Below, in pieces: positions 43,090 to 54,348 of a stretch of DNA of 64,000 bases (positions are counted from its first letter, which is position 1; each line of letters begins with the position of its first letter). The notes below the pieces were generated by a model that was given only the letters and a program-made list of their open reading frames with translations, was not told the DNA's origin and ran no database searches. The DNA is from Acidimicrobiia bacterium (lineage in GTDB: Bacteria > Actinomycetota > Acidimicrobiia > Acidimicrobiales > Bin134), in the NCBI GenBank assembly GCA_022826705.1, contig JAJDUJ010000015.1:75167-139166 (forward strand), read 5' to 3'. Position numbers and translations under genes: made by a program.

Positions 43090-44412
43090 ATGGCCAAGGT
43101 GATTGTTGCCGGTCTCGGTCCGGCCGGACCCGAGCTCATCACCGGGGCGGTGGTGGACGCCATCAGCCAGACCAGCCGGCGCTTCGTCCGCACTCGGCGC
43201 CACCCCGCGGCCGCGGCGGTGGAACCGGCCGAGTCGTTCGACGACCTCTACGACCGGGCTTCGTCGTTCGAGGAGGTGTATCGGGCCATTGTGAATCGGC
43301 TGGCCGCGGAGGCCGAGCACGGCCACCAAGACGTGCTCTATGCCGTGCCCGGCTCCCCGCTGGTGGCCGAGCGCACGGTGGAGCTGTTGCGGGCGGAGTC
43401 CGGTGTGGAGCTGGAGGTATTGGCCGGCCTCTCGTTTGCCGACTTGGCGTGGGACCGGCTGGGTGTCGACCCGCTGGCCGCTGGGGTGCGGCTGGTGGAC
43501 GGGCGCCGCTTCGCGGTGGACGCCGCCGGGGAGCGAGGGCCGCTGCTCGTAGGCCAGTGCGACGCCGCCCATGTGCTGAGCGAGGTCAAGCTGGCAGCCT
43601 TGGACACCCTCGACCGTTCGGCCGCCGCCGGGACCCACCCGCCGGTGGTGGTGTTGCAGCGCCTGGGTTTGCCCGATGAACAGGTCTTCGAGGTGGCCTG
43701 GGCCGATCTGGACCATGAGGTGGACCCCGACCATCTCACATCGCTCTATGTGCCCGAGCTCGGCGCGCCCATCGCCGGAGAAGTGGCCCGGTTTGCCGAT
43801 CTGGCCATTGAACTGCGCCGCCGCTGTCCCTGGGACCAGGAGCAGACCCACCAGTCGCTGCGGGGCCATCTGCTGGAGGAGACCTACGAGGTGCTAGAGG
43901 CGCTGGACGGGGTAGACCCCGACACATTGTCGGGATACGAGGAACTGGAGGAGGAGCTGGGCGATCTGCTTTACCAGATCGTGTTCCACTCGGTGCTCGC
44001 TGCCGAGGCCGGCCAGTTCACCTTGGCCGACGTGGCCCGGGGGATTCACGACAAGCTCAAGTCCCGCCATCCCCATGTGTTTGGCACCCCCAATTCCGGT
44101 CTGGTTGAGGTGGAGGACTCCGATGAGGTGCTGGCGAACTGGGAGGCCATCAAGCGGGATCAGAAGGGGCGGTCATCGGTGATGGACGGCATCCCGCCGG
44201 GGTTGCCCGCGCTGCTATTTGCCGACAAGGTGATCCACAAGGCCCGCTCGGTGGGAGTGGTGCCGGATGTGGACACCGCCACGGTGGCGGGCCGCCTCTA
44301 CGACGCCGTTCTGGCCGCTCAAACAGCGGGTCTGGATGCCGAATCTGAGCTCCGAACCTTCGCCAATGCCGTTGGAGAGCAAATTCGCGCCCGTGAAATT
44401 TCTTCTTTGTAA
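43090..44412 (+). CDS. mazG: MazG nucleoside-triphosphate pyrophosphohydrolase fused to an N-terminal tetrapyrrole-methylase-like domain (YabN-type)
   Basis: N-terminus KVIVAGLGPAGPELIT is TP-methylase-fold-like. The C-terminal half has MazG motifs LLEETYEVLEALD, ELGDLLYQIVFH and RHPHVFG. It follows mfd, as is common in actinobacteria and firmicutes. Confidence 0.85.
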   Translation: MAKVIVAGLGPAGPELITGAVVDAISQTSRRFVRTRRHPAAAAVEPAESFDDLYDRASSFEEVYRAIVNRLAAEAEHGHQDVLYAVPGSPLVAERTVELLRAESGVELEVLAGLSFADLAWDRLGVDPLAAGVRLVDGRRFAVDAAGERGPLLVGQCDAAHVLSEVKLAALDTLDRSAAAGTHPPVVVLQRLGLPDEQVFEVAWADLDHEVDPDHLTSLYVPELGAPIAGEVARFADLAIELRRRCPWDQEQTHQSLRGHLLEETYEVLEALDGVDPDTLSGYEELEEELGDLLYQIVFHSVLAAEAGQFTLADVARGIHDKLKSRHPHVFGTPNSGLVEVEDSDEVLANWEAIKRDQKGRSSVMDGIPPGLPALLFADKVIHKARSVGVVPDVDTATVAGRLYDAVLAAQTAGLDAESELRTFANAVGEQIRAREISSL

Positions 44413-44504
44413 TTTGCGGCAATCCCTAGTCAAACCGGACTTTATCGTCTATTTTTTTAACTCCAGCCACATCAATAACACGCGATGGGCGAGGGAATCC
44501 CTGA

Positions 44505-46147
<1,643 letters not shown>

Positions 46148-46164
46148 CGGGATAGCTTCAGAGC

Positions 46165-46974
46165 ATGACCAGCTCTGACAACTCCCCGATTCCGCACTAT
46201 CCCGATCTGCTGCGCCTTGACGGCAAGGGCTTCGTGGTGGTCGGCGCGGGGCAGGGCATGGGCCGCCAAACCAGCCATGCGCTGGTGCAGTGCGGTGCCC
46301 GGGTGGTTTGCGTGGATATCGACGCTGACCGGGCCGCGGACATCGCCGAGGAGGTGGGCGGCACACCGTGGTCGGGCGACGCCACCGCGCGGGCCGACGT
46401 GGAGCGACTGCTAGAAGACTCGGTGGCCGCACTGGGCCAGGTGTACGGGCTGGTGGACATCATCGGCATGGCCGAGTGGGGCTTCATCGTGGATATGGAC
46501 GACGGGGTGTGGGATCGCCAGATGGCCATCAACCTGCGCCACGCTTATCTGCTGGGCCAGGTGTTCGGCCGCCACATGGTGGCCAACGGGGAGGGGTCGT
46601 TGGTGTTCATCGCCTCGGCTTCGGGGATGGACGGCGCCCCGAACCACGCCGCCTACGGGGCGGCCAAGGCCGGGCTCATGGCCTGGGTGAAGTCGATGGC
46701 GGTGGAGATGGGCCCCCACGGGGTTCGGGCCAATGCGGTGGCCCCGGGGGCCATCGCCACCCCCCGGATCATGGACATGCTGAGCGATGCCCAGCGCGCC
46801 CACTCCAGCGGCAACGCGCCGATCGGCCGCATGGGTCTGCCCGCCGACATCGCCGGAGCGGCGCTGTTCCTGTCGTCGCCGCTGGCCAGCTACGTGAGCG
46901 GCCGCACTCTGCTAGTGGACGGCGGTGTTGGTGCCAAGTTCCCCTACTCCTCTCTCAGCGTTTTGGATGATTGA
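46165..46974 (+). CDS. SDR-family oxidoreductase
   Basis: Rossmann motif VVVGAGQGMGRQ and the catalytic YGAAK. 269 aa. Confidence 0.88.
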   Translation: MTSSDNSPIPHYPDLLRLDGKGFVVVGAGQGMGRQTSHALVQCGARVVCVDIDADRAADIAEEVGGTPWSGDATARADVERLLEDSVAALGQVYGLVDIIGMAEWGFIVDMDDGVWDRQMAINLRHAYLLGQVFGRHMVANGEGSLVFIASASGMDGAPNHAAYGAAKAGLMAWVKSMAVEMGPHGVRANAVAPGAIATPRIMDMLSDAQRAHSSGNAPIGRMGLPADIAGAALFLSSPLASYVSGRTLLVDGGVGAKFPYSSLSVLDD

Positions 46975-46984
46975 CTGAGGGGTC

Positions 46985-47641
46985 ATGCCGGAGCGGTCGC
47001 ACTACGACGTTCTGGGCGTGTCCCCCGGCGCGAAGCCCGATGCCATCCGACGGGCCTACTTGCGCCAGGCCCGCCGGTGGCACCCCGACCGCCCGACGGG
47101 CGATGCCGAGCAGATGCGGGCCGTCAACGAGGCCTGGGAAGTCTTGGGCGACATTCGATCCCGCGCTGCCTACGACCGGAGTCTGGCCCGTGGAGTGCCC
47201 CGTCCGCCCAGCCCGTCCCGACCGGCGGGTTCGCGTCCGCCACCCAATGCCCCCCGTCCCGCGGCCAGCCCTCGATCTTCCGAGTCCCCTCCAAGTCCGC
47301 CCCTCGAGATTGTCGGCATCCGCTGGCGATGGCTCAGCCTGGCGGCGGTCGTCTTGGCCGCGGTGGCGGTTGTGGTGATCTTCTTGGCCACATCGGCCAT
47401 CGACGACTCCGATCCCGCTGCCCCCATCACGGCGTTGGCCCCGGTCTCCGAGTCCCGCCCCGAGTCCGGAGACTGCTTTCGCATCGGCACCACCACCCTC
47501 ATCACTGTGCCCTGCGATCACCCTCACGACGGCAAGCTCGTGGAGTGGGTTCCATTGGGCGCTCCCTGCCCCCCAGACACAGACCTTCACTGGGTGCGCT
47601 CTGCCCAAGAAGCCGTCTGCTACCTGACCCCGTCTGGCTAG
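46985..47641 (+). CDS. J-domain (DnaJ-like) membrane protein
   Basis: HYDVLGVSPGAKPDAIRRAYLRQARRWHPDR carries the HPD tripeptide. A Pro-rich linker is followed by the TM helix LSLAAVVLAAVAVVVIFLA. Confidence 0.8.
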   Translation: MPERSHYDVLGVSPGAKPDAIRRAYLRQARRWHPDRPTGDAEQMRAVNEAWEVLGDIRSRAAYDRSLARGVPRPPSPSRPAGSRPPPNAPRPAASPRSSESPPSPPLEIVGIRWRWLSLAAVVLAAVAVVVIFLATSAIDDSDPAAPITALAPVSESRPESGDCFRIGTTTLITVPCDHPHDGKLVEWVPLGAPCPPDTDLHWVRSAQEAVCYLTPSG

Positions 47642-48825
47642 CTGCCCGGCGCACCGACGCGTAGGCGCGAGATCACCGCGGACATGGCCAGGAATCCGAT
47701 GACGCTGGGGAGGGTGACGATGGCGATGGCGCTGCCCACCGAGAGGCGGGTGGCGGCCAGCGTGCCCACCAACAGGGGGACGGTGAGGTTGGCGGTGCGG
47801 AGGCCGCCGGTGAGCGCACCGAGGCCGACACCTGGACGCCCGGGATGCTGGGCTGCGGTGTCGTAGAGGATCGGGCTCAGGTTGGCCACCCCCAGGCCAG
47901 CAATGGCGTATCCGACGAGGGTGAAGTTCTGGCCGGGAGACAGGGTGGCGGCAGCCAGCCCGACGCCGGTCAAGACGATCGACATGCTGAGGAGTCGGTT
48001 TCCCCCCAGTCGGGCAGCAATGAAGTCGCCTGAGAAGCGGCCCCCGGTCATCCCTGCGGCCACGGCCACATAGCCCAGAGCGGCCACGCCGGTGGTGGCT
48101 GCGAAGTCGTCGGTGAGCCGGAACGCAGCCCAGTCGATCGCGGTGGACTCAAGGGCAATGGAGAAGAAGCCGACCAGCAGAAAAGCCGCCAGCACGGGCG
48201 AGAACCGCCGCTTTGCGGCGCTGCCCCCATCCATAGGGCCCGAAGCGTCGCTGGCGGGGTGCTCGTCGACCCGGAGCAGACCTCGGCTGGCGAGACCGAG
48301 GGCCATGAGGAGGATCGCCGCGGCGCAGGCCAAGTGGACGGATATCGAGATGCCCGCGGCAGCGATTCGAGACGCGGAAACGCCACCGATCACGGTTCCG
48401 AGGCTCCAGAGGCCGTGAAGGCGGGTCATTACCGGGGTGTGCCGCCGAGCGCTCAACCACGACCCCTGCATGTTCATGGCCACGTCCATAAGCACGTCGA
48501 AGGTTTGCAGGGCGATCAAGCCGACCAGCAGGACCAGCGGGGAGCGGGCGATGCCGATGACCGGGAGTGACAGGGCGGTGAGGGTGCCGGCGGCCAGCAT
48601 TACCTGCCGGGTTCCGAAGCGGCTGACGGCCGGGCCGACCACCGCGCTTCCCACCAGGCCGCTGATGCCGGCAATCGACAGGAGCAGGCCGACTTCGGCC
48701 ACGCTGATGTCCACTCGGTCTCGGATTTCGGGAAGCCGGGGGATGAACGAGGCAAATATTGCGCCGTTTACGAAGAACTGGACGGCGACCGCTCCCAGCG
48801 CCCGTTGGTCCGATGGGGTGAACAT
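47638..48825 (-). CDS. MFS transporter
   Basis: 395-aa polytopic hydrophobic protein with an MFS loop-2/3-like GPAVSRFGTRQV. 4-nt convergent overlap with the J-domain gene. Confidence 0.8.
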   Translation of the reverse strand: MFTPSDQRALGAVAVQFFVNGAIFASFIPRLPEIRDRVDISVAEVGLLLSIAGISGLVGSAVVGPAVSRFGTRQVMLAAGTLTALSLPVIGIARSPLVLLVGLIALQTFDVLMDVAMNMQGSWLSARRHTPVMTRLHGLWSLGTVIGGVSASRIAAAGISISVHLACAAAILLMALGLASRGLLRVDEHPASDASGPMDGGSAAKRRFSPVLAAFLLVGFFSIALESTAIDWAAFRLTDDFAATTGVAALGYVAVAAGMTGGRFSGDFIAARLGGNRLLSMSIVLTGVGLAAATLSPGQNFTLVGYAIAGLGVANLSPILYDTAAQHPGRPGVGLGALTGGLRTANLTVPLLVGTLAATRLSVGSAIAIVTLPSVIGFLAMSAVISRLRVGAPGS

Positions 48826-48954
48826 AGCGAACGGGCAATAGTAGGTCTTGGCCCGTTCGATGGGTGTGGCTCGCCGTCTGCTACCACCTGTCGTCCGGTT
48901 GCCCTACTCTGGGCGGACCAACTGACATCCAGCAGCAGTGGAGGAGAGCCGGAT

Positions 48955-50169
48955 ATGCGGCATGGGTACAAGGTTTTTGACGCCGACGGGCACGTGGTGG
49001 AGCCCAAGAACCTGTGGGAACGGTTCTTGGACCAGAAGTTCCAGCACCGGGTGGGCTGGAAGGAGGTCCCTGGCCGGGAGGCGTTCCGCCCGGCCACCGT
49101 GGACGGCCGGTACACCCAGAGCCGGGTCACCATCTATGGCGATTTCATGGAAGCGGTGAACTGGACCTACGACGTAATGCGGGAAAAATACGGCCAGGCC
49201 GTGGTGGACAACGGTTTTCCCGGTGACGCGGTGGCCCAGGCCATGCCATTGGACGGCATGGACTTCATGGTGATCTACGGCCCCGGCTACGACCTGTGGT
49301 CCGACGGCATGGACCCCGAGCTCCAGGCCGCCATGTGCCGGGCCTACAACCGCTGGGGCCAGGAGATGCGGGAGATGTCGGGCGGGCGGGTCATCGCCTC
49401 GGGGCCGGTGGTGATGAACGACGTGCATCGGGCGGTGGAGGAGATCCAGTACGCCTACGACCATCTGGGCACCCGGTGCTTCTTCGCCCGGCCCAACATG
49501 TTCAACCGCCGGATGCTGGGCGACCCCTACTACGACCCCATGTATGAGCTGCTCCAAGACCTGGACTGCGCCTTCGCCACCCACGACTTCATGGGCCACA
49601 ACGGGTCGTCGGCCGGCGCCGACCGGTTCGAGACGTTCACCGAGTGGCACACCGTCTGCCACCCCCACGAGGCCCAGATGGCCATGCTGTCGATGATCTG
49701 CAACGGGGTGTTCGAGCGGTTCCCCCGGCTGCGGGTGGCCTACATGGAGGCCAACTGCGCCTGGCTGCCGTGGTGGCTGTGGCGCATGGAGGAGCACATC
49801 GAGCTGTCGGGCGATTACGAGAAGCCGGGGCTCACCAAGTCGCCCCAGGAGTACTTCCAGGACAACTGCTTCATCTCGGTGGAGCCCGACGAATACCTCG
49901 TGTACCACGTAATCGAGGAGCTGGGCGACGACAAGATCGTGTGGGAGAGCGACTACCCCCACCCCGACTCCAAGTACCCGGAGGCGGTGCAGTCCTTCTT
50001 GGACCTGCCCAAGATCTCAGACGAGTCCAAACGCAAGATCCTGTGGGACAACTCCCTCGACCTGTACCGGTTCCCCGAGGGCTACCTGCCCGACGAGTTC
50101 ATCGAGGCCACCACCTACGAGTACGACCCGTCGAACTACGTGCCGAAGGTGGCAGCGGGGGTGGGCTGA
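48955..50169 (+). CDS. Amidohydrolase_2 family protein (ACMSD/LigW-like decarboxylase/hydrolase fold)
   Basis: Track ORF trimmed to the ATG at 48955, after GGAGGAGAG. KVFDADGHVVEP N-terminal metal motif and the WESDYPHPD C-terminal motif. Confidence 0.85.
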   Translation: MRHGYKVFDADGHVVEPKNLWERFLDQKFQHRVGWKEVPGREAFRPATVDGRYTQSRVTIYGDFMEAVNWTYDVMREKYGQAVVDNGFPGDAVAQAMPLDGMDFMVIYGPGYDLWSDGMDPELQAAMCRAYNRWGQEMREMSGGRVIASGPVVMNDVHRAVEEIQYAYDHLGTRCFFARPNMFNRRMLGDPYYDPMYELLQDLDCAFATHDFMGHNGSSAGADRFETFTEWHTVCHPHEAQMAMLSMICNGVFERFPRLRVAYMEANCAWLPWWLWRMEEHIELSGDYEKPGLTKSPQEYFQDNCFISVEPDEYLVYHVIEELGDDKIVWESDYPHPDSKYPEAVQSFLDLPKISDESKRKILWDNSLDLYRFPEGYLPDEFIEATTYEYDPSNYVPKVAAGVG

Positions 50170-50172
50170 GCA

Positions 50173-50667
50173 ATGGCATCGCCCCATGAAGTTCCCGGCG
50201 TGGAGCCCATCTTCCGCCACCTAGACGATGAGGACTTGAAGATCCAGCAGGTCCGCACCCAAATGCACCCCGACGGGCAGAAGTCGGTGTGGGAGAAGTG
50301 GTTCACCTTTGGCAGCCACGGCAAGCAGTACCTGTCGATGTGGGCCCACTGGGACCCGGGCATGATCGTGCACCGCCACGGCCACCACTCCCCCCAGGTG
50401 ATGTACGTGCTGAGCGGCGAATTGATGTGCGGCGACGTCCACTGCCCGGCCGGCACCCACATAGAGCTCCCCCACGGCGCGGCGTTGGGCCCCCTCATCG
50501 CAGGCCCCGACGGCGTAGAGCTCTTCGAGGTGATGATGGGCGACGCCGCCTCCTGGGCCGCCGACCCCGAGGGCTTCGAAGCCCTCCTGGCCAGCAGGAA
50601 CATCACCAAACTTCCCGACCCCCCCATAGACCTCCCCGAAGACTTCGAAGACCGCCGCCACCAGTAG
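50173..50667 (+). CDS. cupin domain-containing protein
   Basis: HRHGHHSPQVMYVLSGEL...GTHIELPHG resembles the two cupin motifs. It starts 3 nt after the upstream gene. Confidence 0.7.
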   Translation: MASPHEVPGVEPIFRHLDDEDLKIQQVRTQMHPDGQKSVWEKWFTFGSHGKQYLSMWAHWDPGMIVHRHGHHSPQVMYVLSGELMCGDVHCPAGTHIELPHGAALGPLIAGPDGVELFEVMMGDAASWAADPEGFEALLASRNITKLPDPPIDLPEDFEDRRHQ

Positions 50668-50706
50668 CACCGCGGCCGGCGGGATTCTGCCCTGGGAGGG
50701 CTTGGG

Positions 50707-51819
50707 TTAGTTGTATTTGTAGACGCGGGCGGCGTTGGCGTAGAGGACTTTTTCTTTGTCGGGCTCGGTCATGTTTTGGACGAGCTCGGCGATGATCTTG
50801 CGGCTGTCGGGCCACAGGGTCACCGAGTGGGGGTAGTCGGACGACCACATGGACATGTTCACCAAGGTCTGGTTCCCGCCGGCCATCTGCATGTGGCCGT
50901 TGTGGTCGTCGAGGCCGGTGACGAACACGTTGGTGCCCAGGTAGCTGCTGGGCTCGCGCTCCATGGGCGAGTCGGACCAGGCCGACTGGGTGTGGTACTC
51001 GTCGTCCATGGTCTGGTACCAGAACGGCACCCAGCCGTAGTTCACCTCGGCGGCCACCACCTTGAGGTTGGGGTGACGGTCGAAGATGCCGGCGAAGATC
51101 ATGTAGGTGAGCGGGCGCACCGCGCTGAAGAACCGGTTGACGATGCCGGGCACCGACACGTTCTGCTCCACCAGCTCGTCCCAGTCGGAGTCGGGCGGCT
51201 TGCCGCCGAAGGTGCGGTGGAAGGTAACTGGCACGTCCAGCTCCGAGCACGCCTTCCACAGCGGCTCGTAGTACGAGTCGTTGTAGGGGCGGGTGGGCAT
51301 GCCGGGGATGAACAGCCCTTTGGCCCCCTTCTCCATCACCCGGTCGACCTCGGCCAGGGTGACGTCCATGCCGTCCTCGGTGGGCAGCATGGGCAGGCCC
51401 CGCAGCCGGTCGGGGGCCGCGCCCTGGAACTCGTCGAGCACCCAGTCGTTGTAGCTCCGCATACAGGCCACCGCCAGGCCTCGGTCGGACTCCAGGTAGG
51501 TGAAGATGGAGTTGGCCGGGTACACCACCGAGCCCCACACGCCGTCGATGTCCATGTCGGCGCAGTGGGCGGTGCCGTCGTAGTTGCCCGGCATGATCTC
51601 CTCGAACTTCATCCCCGAGAGCTTGTAGTCCTCCTTGGCCACCCCGGCCATGGCCTCGATGCCGAAGCTGCGCTTGGGCGGCCCGCCGTCAAACGACCAT
51701 CCGTCGCCTCCGTCGGGGGCGGGCATCATCCGGGGGATGCGGTCTTTGTACTCCTCTGGAACCCGCTCGAACACGTGGGGCGGCTCGTTGATGTGGCAAT
51801 CGGCCGAGATGACTTTCAC
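50707..51819 (-). CDS. Amidohydrolase_2 family protein
   Basis: Track ORF 50707..52119 trimmed to the GTG at 51819 (VKVISADCHINEPP). C-terminal MWSSDYPH motif. The upstream 100 codons are Pro/Ala/Arg-rich and overlap the divergent promoter region. Confidence 0.82.
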   Translation of the reverse strand: MKVISADCHINEPPHVFERVPEEYKDRIPRMMPAPDGGDGWSFDGGPPKRSFGIEAMAGVAKEDYKLSGMKFEEIMPGNYDGTAHCADMDIDGVWGSVVYPANSIFTYLESDRGLAVACMRSYNDWVLDEFQGAAPDRLRGLPMLPTEDGMDVTLAEVDRVMEKGAKGLFIPGMPTRPYNDSYYEPLWKACSELDVPVTFHRTFGGKPPDSDWDELVEQNVSVPGIVNRFFSAVRPLTYMIFAGIFDRHPNLKVVAAEVNYGWVPFWYQTMDDEYHTQSAWSDSPMEREPSSYLGTNVFVTGLDDHNGHMQMAGGNQTLVNMSMWSSDYPHSVTLWPDSRKIIAELVQNMTEPDKEKVLYANAARVYKYN

Positions 51820-51912
51820 GGTCGAAACGCTAGTTGGCGGCTGCGGTTTCGTGCAGCGGCGGCACTTGTCGTCTGTTGCCGTTGGTCCCGGCGCGGGTAC
51901 CGTGGCTGGTCT

Positions 51913-53307
51913 ATGAGCACGGGGATGCGCCGCCCGCACGAGCTGGACTACGACGCCATCCAGCGCCTGTTCCCGCCCCCGCCGGAGTACTTCGAGACCA
52001 CCTTCTTCGAAGACCCCGACGCCATCGCCCGCAAGCAGCTCCTGCGCCTCCAAGACCGGGCCCAGCGGGCCTGGCAGGTGCCTTTCTTCCGCAAGCGGTG
52101 GGAGGCAGCCGGCTTCCACCCCGACCAGCTACAGACCCTCGACGACCTGTGGAAGGCCCCGGCCTACACCGTGGACGACATCCGGGCCTCCATCAATGAG
52201 AACCCCCCGCTGGGCGACTACCAGAGCATCGGCCTGGAGGACGCCCGCAGCGAGCCCATGCGGCTGTACGTGTCGGGAGGCACCACCGGTCGGTCTCGGC
52301 CCACCCTCTACACCGCCTGGGACCGGGAGGTGGGGGCCATCACCATGGCCCGGGCGCTGTACGCCGAGGGGATCCGCCCCGGCGACGTGGTGATCAACGC
52401 CTGGGCCTATTCCACCCACAACGGGGCCCACGCCTTCGACGAGGCGCTGTACCGGTGGCTCAACTGCGTGGTGCTCACCACCGGAACCGGCAACGTGACC
52501 TCCACCCGCAAGCAGGTGGAGTTGGCGCATGAGTACGGGGCGGCGGCCATCTTGACCACCGGCGACTACATGTTGAAGATGGCCGAGACCGCGGTGGAGA
52601 TGGGCCTCGACCCCAAGGCCGACTTCAACATCCGGGCCCTGCCCGGTGGCCACATCGGCGACGCCGAGCGGGTCAAGGAGGTGTGGGGGGTGACCCCGGC
52701 CCAGCCCTACGGATTCCACGAAGTGCAGAACGTGGCCATCGAGTGCCCGCTGCGCAACGGCCAACTCCACATCTTCGAGGACTGTTTCGTGGTGCAGGTT
52801 GTGGATGTGGAGACCGGTGAGCAAGTGCCCGACGGCACCCAGGGGGCGCTGGTGATCACCGAGGTCTACAAGACCGGCTCGCCCCAGTTCCGCTACAACA
52901 TCATGGACTTGTCGTTCCTCTATCCGCCGGGCCAGTGCGAGTGCGGCTCGTGGCTGCGGCGCATGGGGCCGTTTGCCGGGCGGGGCGACAACATGGTCAA
53001 GCTGCGGGGGGTGAACGTGTGGCCCGAGGCCATCGGCGATGTGATCAGCGACGTGCCGGGTGTGACCGAGGACTTCTTCTGCCGGGCGGTACGGGCCGGC
53101 AACCGCGACGAGATGATCGTGATGGTTGCCAGCGACGCCTCGCCTGATGAGTTCGGGACGGTGGCCGAGCAGGTGGAGGACCGGATCAAGGAGGTCATGA
53201 GTGTGCGGATGACCGCTGAGGTGGTGCGTCCCGGCGAGCTAGACGAGCTCACTGGCATGGCCTCTGGCGCGGCCAAGCTGGTGCGGTTCAAGGACGAGCG
53301 GCCATGA
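51913..53307 (+). CDS. phenylacetate--CoA ligase family (PaaK / F390-synthetase-like) adenylate-forming enzyme
   Basis: The 843-aa track ORF is trimmed to the ATG at 51913; its upstream part is antisense to the amidohydrolase. WKAPAYTVDDIR, the P-loop-like YVSGGTTGRSRPT and the C-terminal KLVRFKDER are PaaK-like. Confidence 0.85.
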   Translation: MSTGMRRPHELDYDAIQRLFPPPPEYFETTFFEDPDAIARKQLLRLQDRAQRAWQVPFFRKRWEAAGFHPDQLQTLDDLWKAPAYTVDDIRASINENPPLGDYQSIGLEDARSEPMRLYVSGGTTGRSRPTLYTAWDREVGAITMARALYAEGIRPGDVVINAWAYSTHNGAHAFDEALYRWLNCVVLTTGTGNVTSTRKQVELAHEYGAAAILTTGDYMLKMAETAVEMGLDPKADFNIRALPGGHIGDAERVKEVWGVTPAQPYGFHEVQNVAIECPLRNGQLHIFEDCFVVQVVDVETGEQVPDGTQGALVITEVYKTGSPQFRYNIMDLSFLYPPGQCECGSWLRRMGPFAGRGDNMVKLRGVNVWPEAIGDVISDVPGVTEDFFCRAVRAGNRDEMIVMVASDASPDEFGTVAEQVEDRIKEVMSVRMTAEVVRPGELDELTGMASGAAKLVRFKDERP

Positions 53308-54176
53308 GCGTTGCCGCGCCGGCCGAGGGTGCCATCGACTACTGGTGCAACCGGTTCTTCCCCGAACAAGCCGACGTGTGGAACGCGGCCTTGGAGGCCA
53401 CCGGCATCGCGGTGAAGGTCCGCACCGACGATACCGACTCCTTCTGCGACGCCAACACCATGGTGGCCCGCATGGACGAGCTGGACATCGCCGCAGTGAT
53501 CCTACCCGTGACCCATTTGCCCGCCCATCCCGAGGCCACCGACTTCGAGTTGGTGGCCGCCCAGCCCGATGACTTAGACCGGCTGGCCAACGACCACCCC
53601 GGCCGGTTCTTCGGCCAGTGGTCGGTGGATCTTCGCACCGGCATGGCCGGGGTGGACGAGGCCGCTGCCATGCTGGACCGGCCGTGGTGTGTGGGCCTGC
53701 ACACCCACACCCACAGCTTCGACCGCCGGTTCGACCACGCCGACTACTACCCGTATTACGCCCTGTGCGCCACCAGCGACGTGCCCTTCGTGATGCAGGC
53801 CGGCACCTCGGGCGGGCTCATGCCCAGCGAATGCGGGGTGCCTATCAGCATCGACCGACCCGCCCTCTACTTCCCCGATGTGCGCTTCGTGCTCTCCCAC
53901 ACCGGCTGGCCGTGGGTGACCGAGTGCATCGCCATGGCTCTCAAGTTCCCCAACGTGTACCTGGGCACGTCGGTGTACCCGCCCCGGCATTGGTCGGCTG
54001 AGCTGGTGGCGTTCATGAACGGCGCCGGGCGGCGCAAGTGCCTCTGGGGCACCGGCTTCCCCACCGTGGGCCACCGTCACGGCTTGGGCCAGTTTGGTGA
54101 AGTGGAGCTGAGCGACGAGGCCCGGTCCAACCTGCTTGGCGGCACCGCCCGCCGGGTGTTTACTCGCCTGTTATGA
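53304..54176 (+). CDS. Amidohydrolase_2 family protein
   Basis: ATGA overlap with the ligase gene. FVLSHTGWPWV and CLWGTGFP motifs. 290 aa. Confidence 0.8.
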   Translation: MSVAAPAEGAIDYWCNRFFPEQADVWNAALEATGIAVKVRTDDTDSFCDANTMVARMDELDIAAVILPVTHLPAHPEATDFELVAAQPDDLDRLANDHPGRFFGQWSVDLRTGMAGVDEAAAMLDRPWCVGLHTHTHSFDRRFDHADYYPYYALCATSDVPFVMQAGTSGGLMPSECGVPISIDRPALYFPDVRFVLSHTGWPWVTECIAMALKFPNVYLGTSVYPPRHWSAELVAFMNGAGRRKCLWGTGFPTVGHRHGLGQFGEVELSDEARSNLLGGTARRVFTRLL

Positions 54177-54348
54177 CATTGCTGGCGAGAAGCCCCGCCG
54201 GGTTTCTGGCAGTGTCCGGGCGGCGGGTCCTGTCCGGGTCCAGCCCACCGTCCTCGCTGGCGCTGCGGGCGGCGGGCGCCCTGAACCCGGCCACCCACCG
54301 CCCTCGCGGGATGTCTCCACCCGGGTGGATTCTGCTTTGGCGCTCAGG

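Noticed and set aside
39088-43869. Giant 1593-aa minus-strand ORF spanning pth, mfd and mazG
   Set aside because: It is antisense to three well-supported genes (pth, mfd and mazG motifs are all on the + strand). Its product is low-complexity and Arg/Gly/Pro/His-rich, with no motif. This is a typical stop-free shadow frame of high-GC DNA.
50776-51912. N-terminal 379 aa of the 843-aa track ORF (and similar upstream extensions at 5792-6028, 26319-26627, 34105-34296, 37065-37160, 45338-45805, 48805-48954 and 54136-54348)
   Set aside because: The extensions overlap the upstream gene or run antisense to a real gene, and they lack family similarity. The recognisable protein begins at an internal start that has an RBS or a stop/start overlap.
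54217-54276. Direct repeat CGGGCGGCGGG (54217-54227 and 54266-54276) in the 172-nt gap before the acyl-CoA synthetase gene
   Set aside because: This is a low-complexity GC-rich 11-mer in ~65% GC DNA, so a chance recurrence is plausible. The gap may also be partly coding if the gene starts upstream.
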